64,000 nucleotides of DNA from Octopus vulgaris. Lineage: Eukaryota. The stretch is from assembly GCA_951406725.2 (NCBI GenBank), contig OX597819.1, forward strand, positions 59,768,001 through 59,832,000. Reading direction: 5' to 3'. Shown here one piece after another: positions 1 through 14,042 of this stretch (within the stretch, counting starts at the first letter, position 1; every line of letters starts with the position of its first letter). Both the position numbers and the translations under genes were made by a program. A model generated the notes under the pieces. It made no database searches and was not told where the DNA came from. It saw nothing but the letters and a program-made list of their open reading frames with translations.

Positions 1-974
1 TGACTAAAACGGATGGTTACAACGGGAACACTGTTGATCATACGTAGGCTGGTCCATGACGATCTCAAAACAGCATCTTAATATGAAAAAATATTATTGT
101 TTTAAAGGAATTTTTTCGAATATTAATTGATCACTAGAGTTGATACAGACTTAAAATAAAACTTCTAATTAACTTTTTATTCTGAAATAAATTATAGGGT
201 AAGGAGTTCCTCTTAAATAGGGAGCCTTGTAGTTGTAAAATGGAGTCAATCTTTTTTCATGAGTTAGGTCGTCAATTTATACAGCAATTAGTGAATTGCA
301 AGTGATCTTGATTTGATTATTGTAGTTATTAAACCCTATGAGCTTGATTGGGCTGATCTACACTCCAACCATGACTATCCAGTTATTTGTATTTTGAGAC
401 ATAACGTCATCTAGGACTATATCATTTAATTTGTTCTTACTCTTTTAAGACGATACGATGTTATCTGGCTGCTATTTCTCGCAGCTCAAGTGACTACATA
501 AGAGGCTGTCTCTGAGCTGATTTGATAGTTATGACAGGTAACTTTGTAAAACAAGTATAGTCTTACTCTCGTATAAGAAACGTAAAATGCAATAGTGGAG
601 GCAGTCCTCCCTTTGAAATGCTGCTACAACGAGGAATGGGGGTGGGTTGTCGGGAGAGGTTGGTTGTATTAATGGTGTTTCATTTTGAACTTCTTTTTGC
701 AGCTCGGTGTTTTAGGAAGAATACATTTGTCAGGGAATGGAATTATAGAGGAGTACAGATCTGTGGAAGAAGGAATGATTGAAAAAATTATTTTGTACGG
801 TGAGACATTAGGGTTAAAGAAAGAAAGAAAGCCAGAAGTGGGCTTGCAGTGTCTCAGAGAAGAGAAAAAAAAAATGCACGAGTTGAAATTAGCAGGAAGT
901 GGTAGGCGGAGAACAGGAAAAAGGTTCAACCAATTTATCATGGTTATTTTTGGATAACTTTCTTATGGTATTTA

Positions 975-1100
975 TTCTTTTCTACTCCAGGCACAAGGCC
1001 CGAAATTTTGGGCGAGGGGGCCAGTCGATTAAATCGACCCTAGTACGCAACTGGTACTTAATTTATCGACTCTGAAAGGATGAAAGGCAAAGTCGACTCT
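975..1100 (-). mobile_element. SINE family B 3' half
   Basis: TTCTTTTCTACTCCAGGCACAAGGCC...CTGGTACTTAATTTATCGAC...GGATGAAAGGCAAAGTCGAC. Confidence 0.82.
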
Positions 1101-2769
1101 TATGATATTTATTGAGTTGAATAAAATTGTATTAAAGATAATTTAAAAGTATTATTATTGACTCAGTAATGTAAAAAAAAAAAGTATCATTGTTATTGAT
1201 TCAATATTTGTTTCCCAGCATTGCCTTAGATTTGGAGAGAAATGAATAAGATTTAAAAAAACCCAACCTTTTGAGATTTCTAGTCCTGGTCGAATTGCTA
1301 AACGTACACTATTTGACTGTTAAGATGCCACAACATTATTTTAGGGTTATTTATTTATTCATCTATTAGTATAATATATATTAATTATAAAGCATTAAAT
1401 CTGTAGTAACTCTGCTTGAACAAAATTTAAATTTCAAATCATTTTCAAAGACTATTTATATATCTGAAAGTTTTATTTTTTTAGATGAGCTACTGTTAAA
1501 ATATTTTTTAAATGTTGTCCTAATGCTTTAGTAGAGTGACTTTAAAAAAATCTGTCACCTCCAAAACATTCTTGAATAACAAATATTTACCACAATGTGA
1601 CATTTGTATCCACTAACGGACAAAACTAAAATCCAGTGACATTCTTTTTATTTTCATATTTCATAGAGATAGATTTATCAGGAAGAAGTGACTGTCCATG
1701 ATCTTCTCAAAGCATCTGAAACTTGTCAGATTTATTATAAGGCAGATATATAACATCAGTTTTCTGAAACAACAACATACTCCATTGTTTCTTCATTAGA
1801 ACATAACCCAGCAAACTACTGTATGATGTATGAAAGCATTGGATTCATAATATTCTGTGTATTTGCAAAGAAGCTTATTGATGAATTCACTTTGCAACAG
1901 TATCGTCTTGGGTTCTATTCTGTGGCATGCTACCTTGGCCAAGTGTCTCCTACCATCATTTCAGATGGTTAATACTTTGGGAATAGAATTTGGTAGGCAG
2001 AAGTTGTGTGGTTGTTTGCTGTGTACACACACACACATCATGTTTTAACATCTGTTTTCTGTGCTGGCATAATTTGGGGCAAGTTGACAGAATCAAACAG
2101 GTCAGAGGTCAGATACTGGAGCATTGTGCTCCATATCTGCTTTGGCATAGTTTCTATGGCTGGATATTCTTCTTAATACCATTCATTATATATAGTGTAC
2201 TGTGTGCTTTTCTGCATTGCATCAGCAATAACCATGTAAGTTGCAAAACTAAGATCCTCATCGATTGAGTGGACAACTTAGTCTTGTGATCTCATTAGTG
2301 TTGGGGCCATGAATAAATTTATGAGAAAGGATGAACTGGGGCTTTCAAACGAAGTTTCTTGTGATATTTGTTCTGACAGAGTTGCACAGACAAACCTGTA
2401 ATCATAAAATGTGATATATACATACATAAAGAAGAATGAGATATGATCTGATAAGTTCAGGAGAGAAAAACTGTGATTTGATATAAAATATCAAATGAAA
2501 GAATGGTAGAACATTTGTGATTGGAAATTACAGTACAATTTGGAATGAAGTTTTTATTACAGACAAATAACCAAAATAAGAAGTTAGAATAGTCAAAGAG
2601 GTGGTGCACATCATGCTAAGATTCCCAATCAAGAAACCCAGAATAGACTGTTTTTAATGAATTGTGTTTAAATGTGCCAAAATTTCACAAAAAATTGTAC
2701 TATAGGATTAGGGTTAAATGCTTATTCTCTGTATTAGAAATAAAGGTTTTAATTTTAAACTCAGTATCT

Positions 2770-3170
2770 TGAGATCAGCCTTCATACCAGTTCTTCTTTT
2801 ATCTTTCTTGGTCTTCCGTTTCTTTAGGCTCCTTCCACTTGGTTTTCTTGAGGCTTCTTCACCCATCATCTTCCATATGCATCACATGTTTGCACCAGTG
2901 TAGTTTTCTTTCTTGTACACTTTATCTGATTCTTCTCATATTCAACGTTTCCTCTCAACTCATTTGAGTTCTGTCATTCATGCATGTTAAAATTACATAT
3001 CCAGCAGAAATTTTTAGCCTCTTTCTGACCTTCACACCACTTCTACATTCAGTGGACCTGGATCACCTATGCAATACCACACTGTATACAAGCATCATAC
3101 AATCTAACCCTTCACTTTGATTAGAGAAGCCCTTTGTTGCCAATAGGGGTAATAGTGCCCTGAACTTCAT
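2770..3170 (-). mobile_element. Old RTE LINE C-terminal fragment
   Basis: Minus strand gives KFRALLPLLATKGFS..RLYDACI, matching KFRELLPLLVTKGLS..RLYDACV of the intact RTE ORF. Confidence 0.75.
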
Positions 3171-4878
3171 TATTAACAATGACATGCAAATCTATAATTG
3201 TTCTAATGTTAAAGAACCTTGTTGAATCTTGTTATTACATCATAGATTTCAGTTACATAGGTATACCAGCAATAATTTTGCATTTTTAGATATAAAAACC
3301 AATCCCTTTAATAAGTCAATTTATCATCATTCTGTCTCTCAGTTTGATCTTTTAGTTACATCTCATTTTTACCATCCATTTTTTTCACTAATGCGCAACA
3401 TTGTATATCTGACCTAAGCAATAAACATAATGATTGTCTTCTCTTGTCAGATGATAGCTGTCTCACCTTCAACCTGGTTGTTCTGATTTACTTTCATCCT
3501 TGCATGTTTGTTGATATTACTTTTCACATTTTGCCATGCATCCACAGCTGTAGGGCTTTACCAAAACAAAACAGGTCACAAAATGAAATGATTGTGGGAT
3601 GTCTGTGTGTCATTAGATTTAAGAAAGAAAAGCTTGTACAACACATTTGTCTCTCTCTTGACCACCATAGTCAATTCCAGTGACAAGCATTGCAAGATGA
3701 CTGATACTATTTTGACTGCAAGTTTTATGTCAGAGTATCTTTCTCCTAGAAGAGCTGCCTTCCCCATGTCTTTGTCAAATATAACCCTTGTATATAGAAC
3801 ACTGTATACAGGACATGGCATACTGTGTACAGCATATAGTATGAGCCAATAAGGGAGGTTCTGTGTGGTCTTTGTATTGATAGAAATAGTATTGAAATCT
3901 CCAGTCACTCATACTGTCTTAAAAAAAGGGGCATTGGGTTGGGAACACATGCTTGAAAAATGATGAGATAATCTAAACTGAAATGTCTTTGATCATAGGT
4001 TTGTTTGATCAATGCTGACCTGGGGTTTAACAGCAACAGCATCCTGTATTTATGTTCAGAGAATTCTTTTGTAACAAATTTCATTGTGGACGTTTTTGTT
4101 TTCCTCTTGTTCTCATCTTGGGTATAATTTTCCTTTGAATTTCCTGATTCATTCATAAAATTATAAGAGCAGTGATAATTTATGCTATGATGTCCTTCCT
4201 GCTGCCAATCCTACTGATATGAGGAAAATCTCTTTGTCATAAACGACATTTTTTCTGTTCATTTTGCACTCATGATACAATTTCAAGTATGTCCTACCTC
4301 CAGTCTCGTTCAGGTCAAGTGTCAGAACCTCTATTGACCAATCAGATCAGACAATGAACTTTTGCCCTTGACTGTTCCTGATATTCAGTGCATGTGATGT
4401 GAGTAATTAACTTGAGATCCAGCCATACCTCCTCTGATTGCAATACCTATACAATTCAGTGTATATCTACTCATCTCTTATACTAAATATAACAATTATG
4501 CTAAAGATAACAATTATTTTGAGACTAATAGATTTTAGAGATATCCCACTATTGTTAGCCCCTTTCCTGTTTCAGCTTTTCCCAGCAACCTAATTGACTA
4601 CACATAAAATGAACTAACAATGGAGCCTTTAAGTGGTTGTTAAAGCTTCTTGAAATGGCAGTCAAATCTCAAATCACATCCTACTGCTTGAAAAGAACAC
4701 ATCGAGTATTGTAGTTCTATACAACCATAAAAAGGCAGGATGGTTATGGTGGAATGTCTTTGATCATGTTTCATAGAATGTGATTGACTTGGGTTAAGCA
4801 CCTACAAATATGTATTACAGTTGCTATAAAATAATAATAATAATAATTATTATTATTATTAGTAGTAGTAGTAGTATT

Positions 4879-5252
4879 AAGATGTCACACAATATCTAAT
4901 ATTGTGATGTAGATTGAAGATATTGTGTGTACTGTCTGTCAAATCACAACAGGGACCTCAGTCAGACAGTACTTTACGCAGTATGATGCATTCAGTTCCA
5001 AGTAAGGCTGATTTTTGCAAAACACCAAGGTAGGGTTTTTCTAAAATGTCCAGATGTTTCTTCAGGTTGAGTAGTATTAAACCCAATACTCCGATGATAA
5101 CAGGAACAGCCATTATGTTTGACTCTTACAGCTGCTACATTTTGGCAGTCTCAACTTTCAGGTCACCATATTTGTCGACCTCCTATCTTTCTTTCATGAT
5201 AATATGTTGATCTTCTAGCACTACCACATTGATTATTAGGTACACTTGCTTG
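4879..5252 (-). mobile_element. Fossil 3' end of an RLE non-LTR retrotransposon (R4/Dong-like)
   Basis: Minus-strand translation with stops: LIINVVVLEDQHIIMKER*EVDKYGDLKVETAKM*QL*ESNIMAVPVIIGVLG...LQKSALLGTECIILRKVLSD*. 3' end abuts (TAC)n/(TAA)n. Confidence 0.82.
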
Positions 5253-5264
5253 CTTATTATTATT

Positions 5265-6500
5265 TAGATGGCAAGCTGGCAGAATTGGTGGAATTTTGTC
5301 TGTCCTTACATTCTAAATTCGAATTCCATCAAGGTTGACTTTGCCTTTCAGTCTTGATTAAATAAGTACCAGTTACGCATTAGGGTCGATGTAACAACTT
5401 GCCTCCTCCCCCAGAATTTCAGGCCTTGTGCCTATAGTTGAAAGGATTATAATTATTGTTATTTAGGCGGTGAGCTGGCAGAAACGTAGCATGCTGAACA
5501 AAATGCTTAGCAGTATTTCATCTGCTGTTACGTTCTGAGTTCAAATTCCACCAAGGTCGACTTTGTCTTTCATCCTTTCGGGGTCAATAAATTAAGTACC
5601 AGTTATGCACTGGGGTTGATGTTATCGATTTAATCCCTTTGTCTGTCTTTGTTTGTCCCCTCTATATTTAGCCCCTTGTAGGCAATAAAGAAATAAGATG
5701 GCTGACTTATTAGCATGTTGGATAAAATGCTTAATGGCATTTCATCTGTCTTTATTTTCTGAGCTCAAATTCCCCTGAGGTCAACTTTACCTTTTATCCC
5801 TTCGGGTTGATAAAGTACCAGTTATATAAAAACTTAATTCCTCTAATAAGTCAATTTATCATCATTCTGTCTCAGTTTGATCTTTTAGTTACATCTCATT
5901 TTTACCATCCATTTTTTCACTAATGCACAACATTGTATATCTGACCTATGCAGTCAGATGATAGCTCTCTCACCTTCAACCTGGTTGTTCTGATTTACTT
6001 TCATCCTTGCATGTTTGTTGATATTACTTTTCACATTTTGCCATGCATCCACAGCTGTAGGGCTTTACCAAAACAAAACAGATCACGAAATGAAATGATT
6101 GTGGGATGTCTGTGTATCATTAGATTTAAGACAGAAAAGCTTGTACAACACATTTGTCTCTCTCTTGACCACCATAGTCAGTTTCAGTGACAAGCATTGC
6201 AAGATGACTGATACTATTTTGACTGCAAGTTTTATGTCAGAGTATCTTTCTCCTAGAAGAGCTGCCTTCTCCATGTCTTTTCTTCATGATAATATGTTGA
6301 TGTAATCATTTAGCCCTCTCACTAAAAATCTGGGGCCTTATTCCTATAGTAGAAAGAATTATTATATAATGGAAGCTAGCAGAATTGAAAGAGTACTGGG
6401 TAAAATGCTAGGTGTTATTTAGTTACATCAATTTATGTTCTGAGTTCAAATCCCATCAGGATCAGTTTTGCCTTTCATCACCCCAATTGTTGGAGTCAGT
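5265..6500 (+). mobile_element. Cluster of four head-to-tail SINE family B copies (third copy split by a templated insertion)
   Basis: Repeated GCTGGCAGAA...GTTCAAATTCC...CTTTCATCC blocks at ~5268, 5465, 5698 and 6370, mostly separated by ATT-rich tails. Confidence 0.8.
5824..6280 (+). repeat. Local direct duplicate of 3290-3773
   Basis: Near-identical sequence (same ORFs in the track at 3444/5948 and 3592/6099). This copy lacks ~25 bp present at ~3421-3445. Confidence 0.95.
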
Positions 6501-8699
6501 ATAATCAACAATACCTTCCTTTGAGCTTCTGTTAGAAATCATTATTTTCATTTATTCCAAGCAGGAGCATCTTTTGTTTTTCTAGGCCCTTTTGTACTGG
6601 CAAGGTAAAACATTGACATTCCTCTTCAATTTCTGTAAACACTGTTTCTTACTTGCTTGTATTTGTTATGTTCATCCAGGATGGGTTTAGCTGGTTTCAG
6701 TCAGTGAATCCATAGCATCTCAAACAGAAACTAACCATGCTTGGGGGATCACGGACATCAGATGGGATCATCACCAACCAATAGTGATTCTACTGATGGG
6801 CGCCATACATGTGAGGACAAGATATTGATTTAAGATTCAGATTGATCCCAACTTGTGCACTTTTTCAGCTGTCCACTTCACTGGGAAGGGATCTAATGTG
6901 ACAGGATTGCAGATGATCTTATCGTGTGGATAAAGGAGTGCATGGCCAAAACTAACAGTGGCACTTCTTGAGCAGGATTATTTCAATACAAAACTGGTAT
7001 TTAATTTATTGATTGCAAAAGGATGGAAGGTAAAGTTGATCATGGTAGTATTTGAACCTGAGAGTACAGAGAACAGTAACAAGTACCAGAAGGCCATCTA
7101 TCTAATACTTTAACAACTTGGTTGATTTACTGATACACACACAGATACACAAACACACATACACAGGATATGATATAGGACATTTACGATCACTGATCTC
7201 AATCAGAGAAGGAATGGGACCTCTAGTAGAACTTGAACCTTGTATCTCTTGTTGGTGACTGTGTTAGCATTATGCCTCAGAATGGACACCTTACACAACC
7301 TGTCAAAATACACTTTATAAATATTTTACTCATATAAATTAACAACTCTCATTCACTATGTATTGCATGGGAATCAATAAATAATCTTGTGGTTTAACCC
7401 TCCTATAAATAGGTTATGCTGCTATTGTCATGTCATAATTTCCTCACTACAACAGACATGTATATGCATAGTATAAAATCTCCAATTACTTGAAATCTAA
7501 CAAAACACTGATTCTGACATTGTTCTCTCCATAACCTTAAATATATTCAGTTGACACTGCCTCTTAAAATATAGTGCTTTATGTAAAAAAATTATCATTT
7601 ACTATTCATATTGGTATGGGTTAGATAGTTTGACAGGATCTGATGGGCCCAGTGACTGCATTGCACTCCACTGTCTGTTCTGGTATGGTTTCTACAGCTG
7701 AATGTCCGTCCTAATACTGACCTCTTGACAGCATGTACTGGGCACATTTCTTTTTGTACTACCAGCACTAGTGAAGCTGTAATGCAGCTTGCCAGACCAT
7801 AAACCCCAATAGGGGAGATGGAACTTTTTTTATGCTAGGAGAATAAGGAGTAAGAGAAGGGTAAAGTATGATTGAAAAAGGGCTAGAGCAAAACAGGTTT
7901 CTTGTTGTAGAGAAGCTACATGACTACTCACATTTTAGAAGAGAGTGTGAGGTGGGGGGGGGGGGAGGCTAAAAAGACAACAACAAAAAATCATGTATTC
8001 AATGCTTTTACTCTAAACTACTATATAATGCTATTAAGTAAATGTCAAAGCTTTGGTGTGTAAGTTGTAGGTCAACAATACTTGGATATTTTATAATTGA
8101 GGATGATTAACATTTTCTACTTCATAGAAACCTGCTAGGTGCCACTCCTTTCCTAAGATTGCTATCGTTGATATTCCTGCAGATAAAACCATTGCATTTG
8201 CTGCATATTTTGCCTTGAACTTCACAAGGCAGAAACACATAAACTTCTTTTGGATCCCACTTAGTCTCACCATTACATAGTCACTCCAAACTCAGATTAG
8301 GTCACTGGTTGGTTTTGACAATAGTCTTTTCATTACTTTCAAATGATATGTTCCTCCCTAAACTCTTTAATTGTTTTCCCTTACTGTATGAGTCTGACCT
8401 AATGGAAATGTGTGATGCAATGTTTCATCTCTACAGATGATCAATATCTTTGAGCCTAATGACTGTTGATCTATCACACCCTGACATCTCAAAAGTACTA
8501 AGTCATAGATGACCATCTTCTTTATCACTTCTGAGTCACTATATCTATTTTAAGGATTGGCTTATTACATAGCTACAAGGCTTGCTTAATACATGATAAA
8601 AATCATTTAATAAAAAATCAAGTCACACACATCATACTGAAAATTTACTTCCTTTGTGTTACATATGGTACATCTATTGTAAAGATTATTGTTGCCTAA

Positions 8700-8915
8700 T
8701 TCCTTTTCTACTCTAGGCACAAGGCCTGAAATCTTTGGGGAGGGGGCCAGTTGATTAGATCGACCCCAGTGCGCAACTGGTACTTAATTTATTGACCCCG
8801 AAAGGAATGAAAGCAAAGTCAGTCTCAGCAGAATTTGGACTCAGTATGTAAAGACAGATGAAATACCGCTAAGCATTTCACCCAGCATGCTAACGTTTCT
8901 GCCAGCTTACTGCTG
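8700..8915 (-). mobile_element. SINE family B
   Basis: Reverse-complement match to family B head, core and tail. Confidence 0.85.
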
Positions 8916-9039
8916 TTGCCCAATTCCAAGTCAAGTCTGATGGAGCAGAACTTCATCCAAAGACATTTTAGTTGTGACCATCTCTTTGTAGGGACATCTA
9001 CAATACATTATCTAATGTATCCCTTTTGTTCCTTGTCCT

Positions 9040-9348
9040 GGTACCATGTAAAAAGCACCATCCGAATGTAGCTGATGCCAGTGCCGCCTTGGCTAGCTTC
9101 CATGCCGGTGGCATGTAAAAAGCACCAACCAATCGTGGTCGTTGCCAGCCTCCTCTGACCTCTGTGCCAGTGGCACGTAAAAAGTACCCACTACACTCAA
9201 CAGAGTGGTTAGTGTTAGGAAGGGCATACAGCTGTAGAAACACTGCCAGATCAGACTGGAGCCTGGTGCAGCCTCCTGGCTCCCCAGACCCTCGTCGAAC
9301 CATCCAACCCACGCTAGCATGGAAAATGGGCGTTAAACGATGATGATA
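9040..9348 (+). mobile_element. Short RTE 3'-UTR-derived copy
   Basis: Repeated GTAAAAAGCACC units, GTTAGGAAGGGCAT block, GCATGGAAAATGGGCGTTAAAC(GAT)n terminus as in the RTE at 29 kb. Confidence 0.85.
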
Positions 9349-10583
9349 GGATGTGATCTGCAGACAGTAAGGTGGTACAATTGTTACTTCTAGCAAGACA
9401 AATAACCAAATATTCTTCTTCTTGGTTTATTTGTAGATATTGTAATTAATCAACCTTTAAATGGAATTTTTTTTTTATTATATTTTTATTTCTGTTCCTC
9501 ACTACTGAAATTGAATTATTTATTCTTACTTCTAAATTGTTGATCTTTCACTTTCTCTTAATGGTATAACCTTAGTTAAAAAGAGAGCTCACTCTGTTAG
9601 AAATTGCAAACAAATCTCCATCGAATTTAGACCCTGATATTTTAAAAAGAAATGACACATGCAGTAACGCAGTTCTACACACTCCTAAAACGGTTGCATG
9701 GGGTCTTAGATGAATGTCTTTGATCATAGGTCTGTTTGAACAAAATTGACTTGGAGTTAAACAATAACCAGGTGACTAACTAATGTACCAAGTTATACCT
9801 GGAGTTTCATTGATGTATCACTGTCATTCATTGTTGGCTATTAAGGTCTATATTATCTATTTTTGACCCCATCAACAAAAACAATTACGAAGGCCCATAT
9901 TGCTTTTGCTCACCCAAAAACTGTCTATTCATTTATTATTTTTCTTCTCGCTTCCTCACTATCTCTCAGACGTCCTTGTCTTACAAGTTACTTGGTGACC
10001 CACTAGGTACTAGTGCCATGTAAAAAGCACTTGTGCCTGCACCACATAAAAAGCACCTGTGCAGGTGCTATGTAAAAAAGCACCTGTAACTTGTAACAGC
10101 ATCCATGTAAAAGCACCTAGTACACTCTATAAAGTGGTTGGCATTAGGAAGGACATCCAGCCATAGAAATCATGCCAAAACAGATGACTGGGGCCTGGAG
10201 CAGCCCTCTGGTTTGCCAGCTCTTGTCAAACTGTCAAACACATGCCAGCATGCAAAAATGGACATTAAATAATGATGATGCTGATTTAGTTAGGAGGAAC
10301 GATGTTGCCCATGGTTTTTGTAGGGCTTCTGAAACGAGTGAGAAGGAGGGAGGCATTCTAAAACTGGAGACTCAGCTTGTAAGCTTCCAACATAGTTAAC
10401 TGTTAAAGGTACCAAAATATCAGATGGAGGTGTTAAACTGTATGATAGAATAAGTCCACCACCCAAATTTGCCACAGTTGGGTATGAACACAGAATATAG
10501 AGATCATACAAATACAGCATGGCATCCTATCCAATGCACTAACAATTTTCCCAATCTACCATTATTCTACATTGATATTTTAA

Positions 10584-10803
10584 CCCTTTAATATTCACAT
10601 AATTCTCTCAAAAGTAACATTTATTTATTCACATTGCTTTGAATTAATCATGCATTATCTTGTAGTTTTGACATTTTGATGAGGTAACTGTTAATTTTCG
10701 GAATAATAGTGTAGGGCAGGTGTGAGAAGCTAGATCTGGCCAGTCCGAACATAAAGCATGTAGAGTATTATGGGTGGATATGGCTGGTTTAAATGTTAGA
10801 GAG
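10584..10803. mobile_element. Degenerate TTAA MITE (second family; inverted relative at ~41753-41930)
   Basis: TTAACCCTTTAATATTCA ... TAAATGTTAGAGAGTTAA. Internal similarity to the reverse complement of 41749-41934. Confidence 0.65.
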
Positions 10804-12759
10804 TTAATTATTGTTTCTGGAAGGACAAAAGACAAAGTTGACTTTAGCGGGATTTGAACACAAAACACAAGAAGGTGGATTTGTTACTACAAGACATTTC
10901 ATCCGATGCCTTAACCATTCTGCCAATTCATTGCTTACATACATTTATGGTGATAATATGACATTAACCAAACTGACAAATCGAGGATATAGTGTGTGTG
11001 TGATACTATAATATACTTAGAAGTATCATATGGTTTTGACATAACCTTTGCATGCTGTGTGTAATTTAAACCTTATGCACTTTTATATGGTATAAACATT
11101 GAGAGAGTTATGTTGAGCTTTGCCAGTTTTGATTTCAGAGAGAGAGGTTAACTGTTCCCTCCCTCTCTTAGTCAGTACACTATGCCATTTGTTGTCTAGG
11201 TCACAATCCATGTATCTTCTGATTGTTTCAGTGGTCTTTGTCTGCCAAAGTTCCCAAGTGAAAAAATAAAAAAAAACAAATAAATTCAGATGGCCAGGGA
11301 CATGAGGTAAATACATACTTCCTGCCAGTTGTAATCATGCCTATATTTGTTACGTTTTTGATTGGTTCTCATTATTGGTGGCTGAATAAATTTGTTTATT
11401 AGGTCCAGTTTTAAAGACAATTGTGTTTCCATCACATTTTTACTCCCTTAGCTGCTCTCTTTCTTTTCCTCCCCCTCCCTCTCTCCCATACATGCAACAT
11501 GAGGTTGGACACTATGTCAGTACGTAGCCCATCATCATCTTCATCGTCCTTTTACATTCACTTTCCATGTAGATACACCTTGGATGGGTCCAAGTCAGTT
11601 TCATCTGGAGCTACTGCTCTCCTAGATAGATTTTCCATATGTCATCATCATCATCATCATCATCATCATACGTCCATGTTGGTTTGGATTGAATGGTTTG
11701 GCAGGATCCAATGGGCCCAATGACTGCATCATACTCCTGTGTCTGTTTTGGCATGGTTTCTATGGCTGGATGTCCTTCCTAACACCAACCACTTTGCAGT
11801 GTGTACTGGGTGCCTTTTTCTTTTTGTGCCACCAGCACTAGTGAGATTACCATGCAGCTTGCAAGACTACGACCCTTAAGAGGGGCAACTTTATGCTAGG
11901 AGATGAGGAGGTGATAGTACCAAACCCAAATTCTTTCATGGTCCAGAGAAATCAATGAACTTAAGGTAATCATACTCAATACGTTATTGGCACATATTTT
12001 CTTGACCTCAGAGGGATGAAAAGAATACTTCATCCTAATTAGATTTGAACACAGCATAGAATATACAAAACTAAATTCTGCAAGTCTAAAAATTTGGTAT
12101 TCTTCCAGCCTAATAATATAACATATATTACTATATTGCAACTTTTAAGACATTTTCACTGAAGGCTGATATAAATTCAAAGCTGTGTTTAATAATACAG
12201 TTAACGGCTCAGGATTTTTATGAAGAAGAGAAAAGAATTAGTAATAATTCAGTTTTCAACTTTCCTGTTTTGTGATATGGAGATATGTCTCTTGCATTCC
12301 TCTTTCTGCTGGTTTGTCATTGGACTGTGACCTGCTATAGTACTGCCTTCATGAGTCTTGGTTGATGACATCAACCTCTGTACTTTTACCTCAGTCTGGT
12401 ACTTATTTTGTAGACTGTTACCTTTTGATGTAAATGAGTACCACTCTGTATACAGTTTTACACTCATACACACACAGATGATTCTCTTTACATTCACTTC
12501 TCCATACTGGCATGGGTTGGACAATTCATCACAGATCAAGTCAGTTCTTATTCAGATTTACTTGCCCTCCTAACTAGGTTAAGGACTGCATCTTGCTCGT
12601 ATGTTTCATTTTTGGTAGGTCTGCATTGTCCTGAGGGCATTTTATAATGTTACCAGCACTTGAAAGGTTGTCTTGTTCACAGTGAGACTAAGGAACCCTC
12701 TCTACCTTCCTCTATCTTTGTTTGTTTCTTCACTGGCATCAGAGTATTGTCTTGTTTTT

Positions 12760-13055
12760 AGGCCTCATAGAGGCAGTGACAGGTGACCAAGACTCTGGCA
12801 ATATACTGTGCTTGTGTTGACCTGTCAAGCCAAGTGAGACCATAGTCATGACTGATGCCAGTATCAGGTCAATGGCACCTGTGCCAGTGGCATGTAAAAA
12901 GCACTCACTTTCAGGATGGTTGGTATTAGAAAGGGCATCCTTGCCAAATGAGATTCGAATTTGGTGCAGCCCCCCCCCTGCTTACCAATTTTCAGTCAAA
13001 CCATCCAATCCATGCCAGCATTGAAAGCAGATGTTAAACAATGATGATGATGATG
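12760..13055 (+). mobile_element. RTE 3' end copy including last ORF codons
   Basis: CAAGTGAGACCATAG matches the ORF stop region at 29058-29071. (GAT)n terminus. Confidence 0.78.
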
Positions 13056-14042
13056 AAAAGAGTGTTGAATGAAGACCAGAGAAAGAGGAAGGATAACATA
13101 GGGGAGAGTAATGGAAGAAAACCAGAATGATATGATCAAGAGGGTTTTTTGGGGAAAGTAAAGGAGAGAGAGAGAGTTATAGACAATTATATGATGATTG
13201 TTGGTGAGGAGATTCAGTATGACAACATGAGTGGTATGGAGGAAGAAGTAGGAATGGAGATAGTGATGGAAGAGAGAGCACTGGAAATGATAGTAATAAA
13301 TTTCAAGTTATAGGAAAGCGAGAATGATGGCTAACAACAAAGAAGTGATGGGAAGAGTAGGATTAAATACTGACATGTGATATCACCCCATCTCTCATGA
13401 TAAGGCAGCATCATGTGAGGGAGATGGTTGTAGTCGAGTGGCACATTGATAGGAGAGAAGTGAGTGTTAGGAGACTGGGTAATGAAGAGAAAGGGAGAAA
13501 GAAACATAACGGTTGAGAGAAGCCCCAAAATGTTGATACTGTACATCTGGAGATACTTTCTTCATATATATTAAAGGTGGCATAAGCACTTTCACACACA
13601 CGTCTACCAAATTAACCCACACAGCTTTGATCAGTCCAAGACACTTACCCATGGAGCTGTGCCAGCATAAGACACTTACCCATGGCACCATGCAGTGGGA
13701 TTGAATCCCAAACCATGTGGTTGGGAAGCAAGTGTCTTACCACATAATGGATTCATCCATTGATTTCAACATGGGAGGGTCCTATTGCCAACTGTTAGAC
13801 TACATACATGGATGATTTGTTTTTGATGGCGAAGGCTTGTGCAGGACCAGTCACACTTTTTGGAAAGGCTAATAGCAGGAGGTTGGTGCAAATGTTTGCC
13901 ACAAACTCAATGAGCAGCATACTTTTCTATTCAAATTTTCTAATCCAGGTTAGTTACCTTTGCTGCTGTAGGTAAAATGCATACCTGGGTACCAAGCCAA
14001 AAATTTCTATCTCCTCTCACATTCTATATATAATAATTACAT

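Noticed and set aside
669-957. Opposed 90-aa ORFs near the window start
   Set aside because: Purine-rich low-complexity sequence with non-ATG starts and no recognisable motif.
3444-3908. Duplicated 60-110 aa ORFs (also 5948-6305) as a small gene family
   Set aside because: Their similarity is explained by the local DNA duplication. They have non-ATG starts and no recognisable domain.
8128-8280. Exon-like open frame KPARCHSFPKIAIVDIPADKTIAFAAYFALNF
   Set aside because: No donor site. More likely a decayed LINE fragment, and too weak to annotate.
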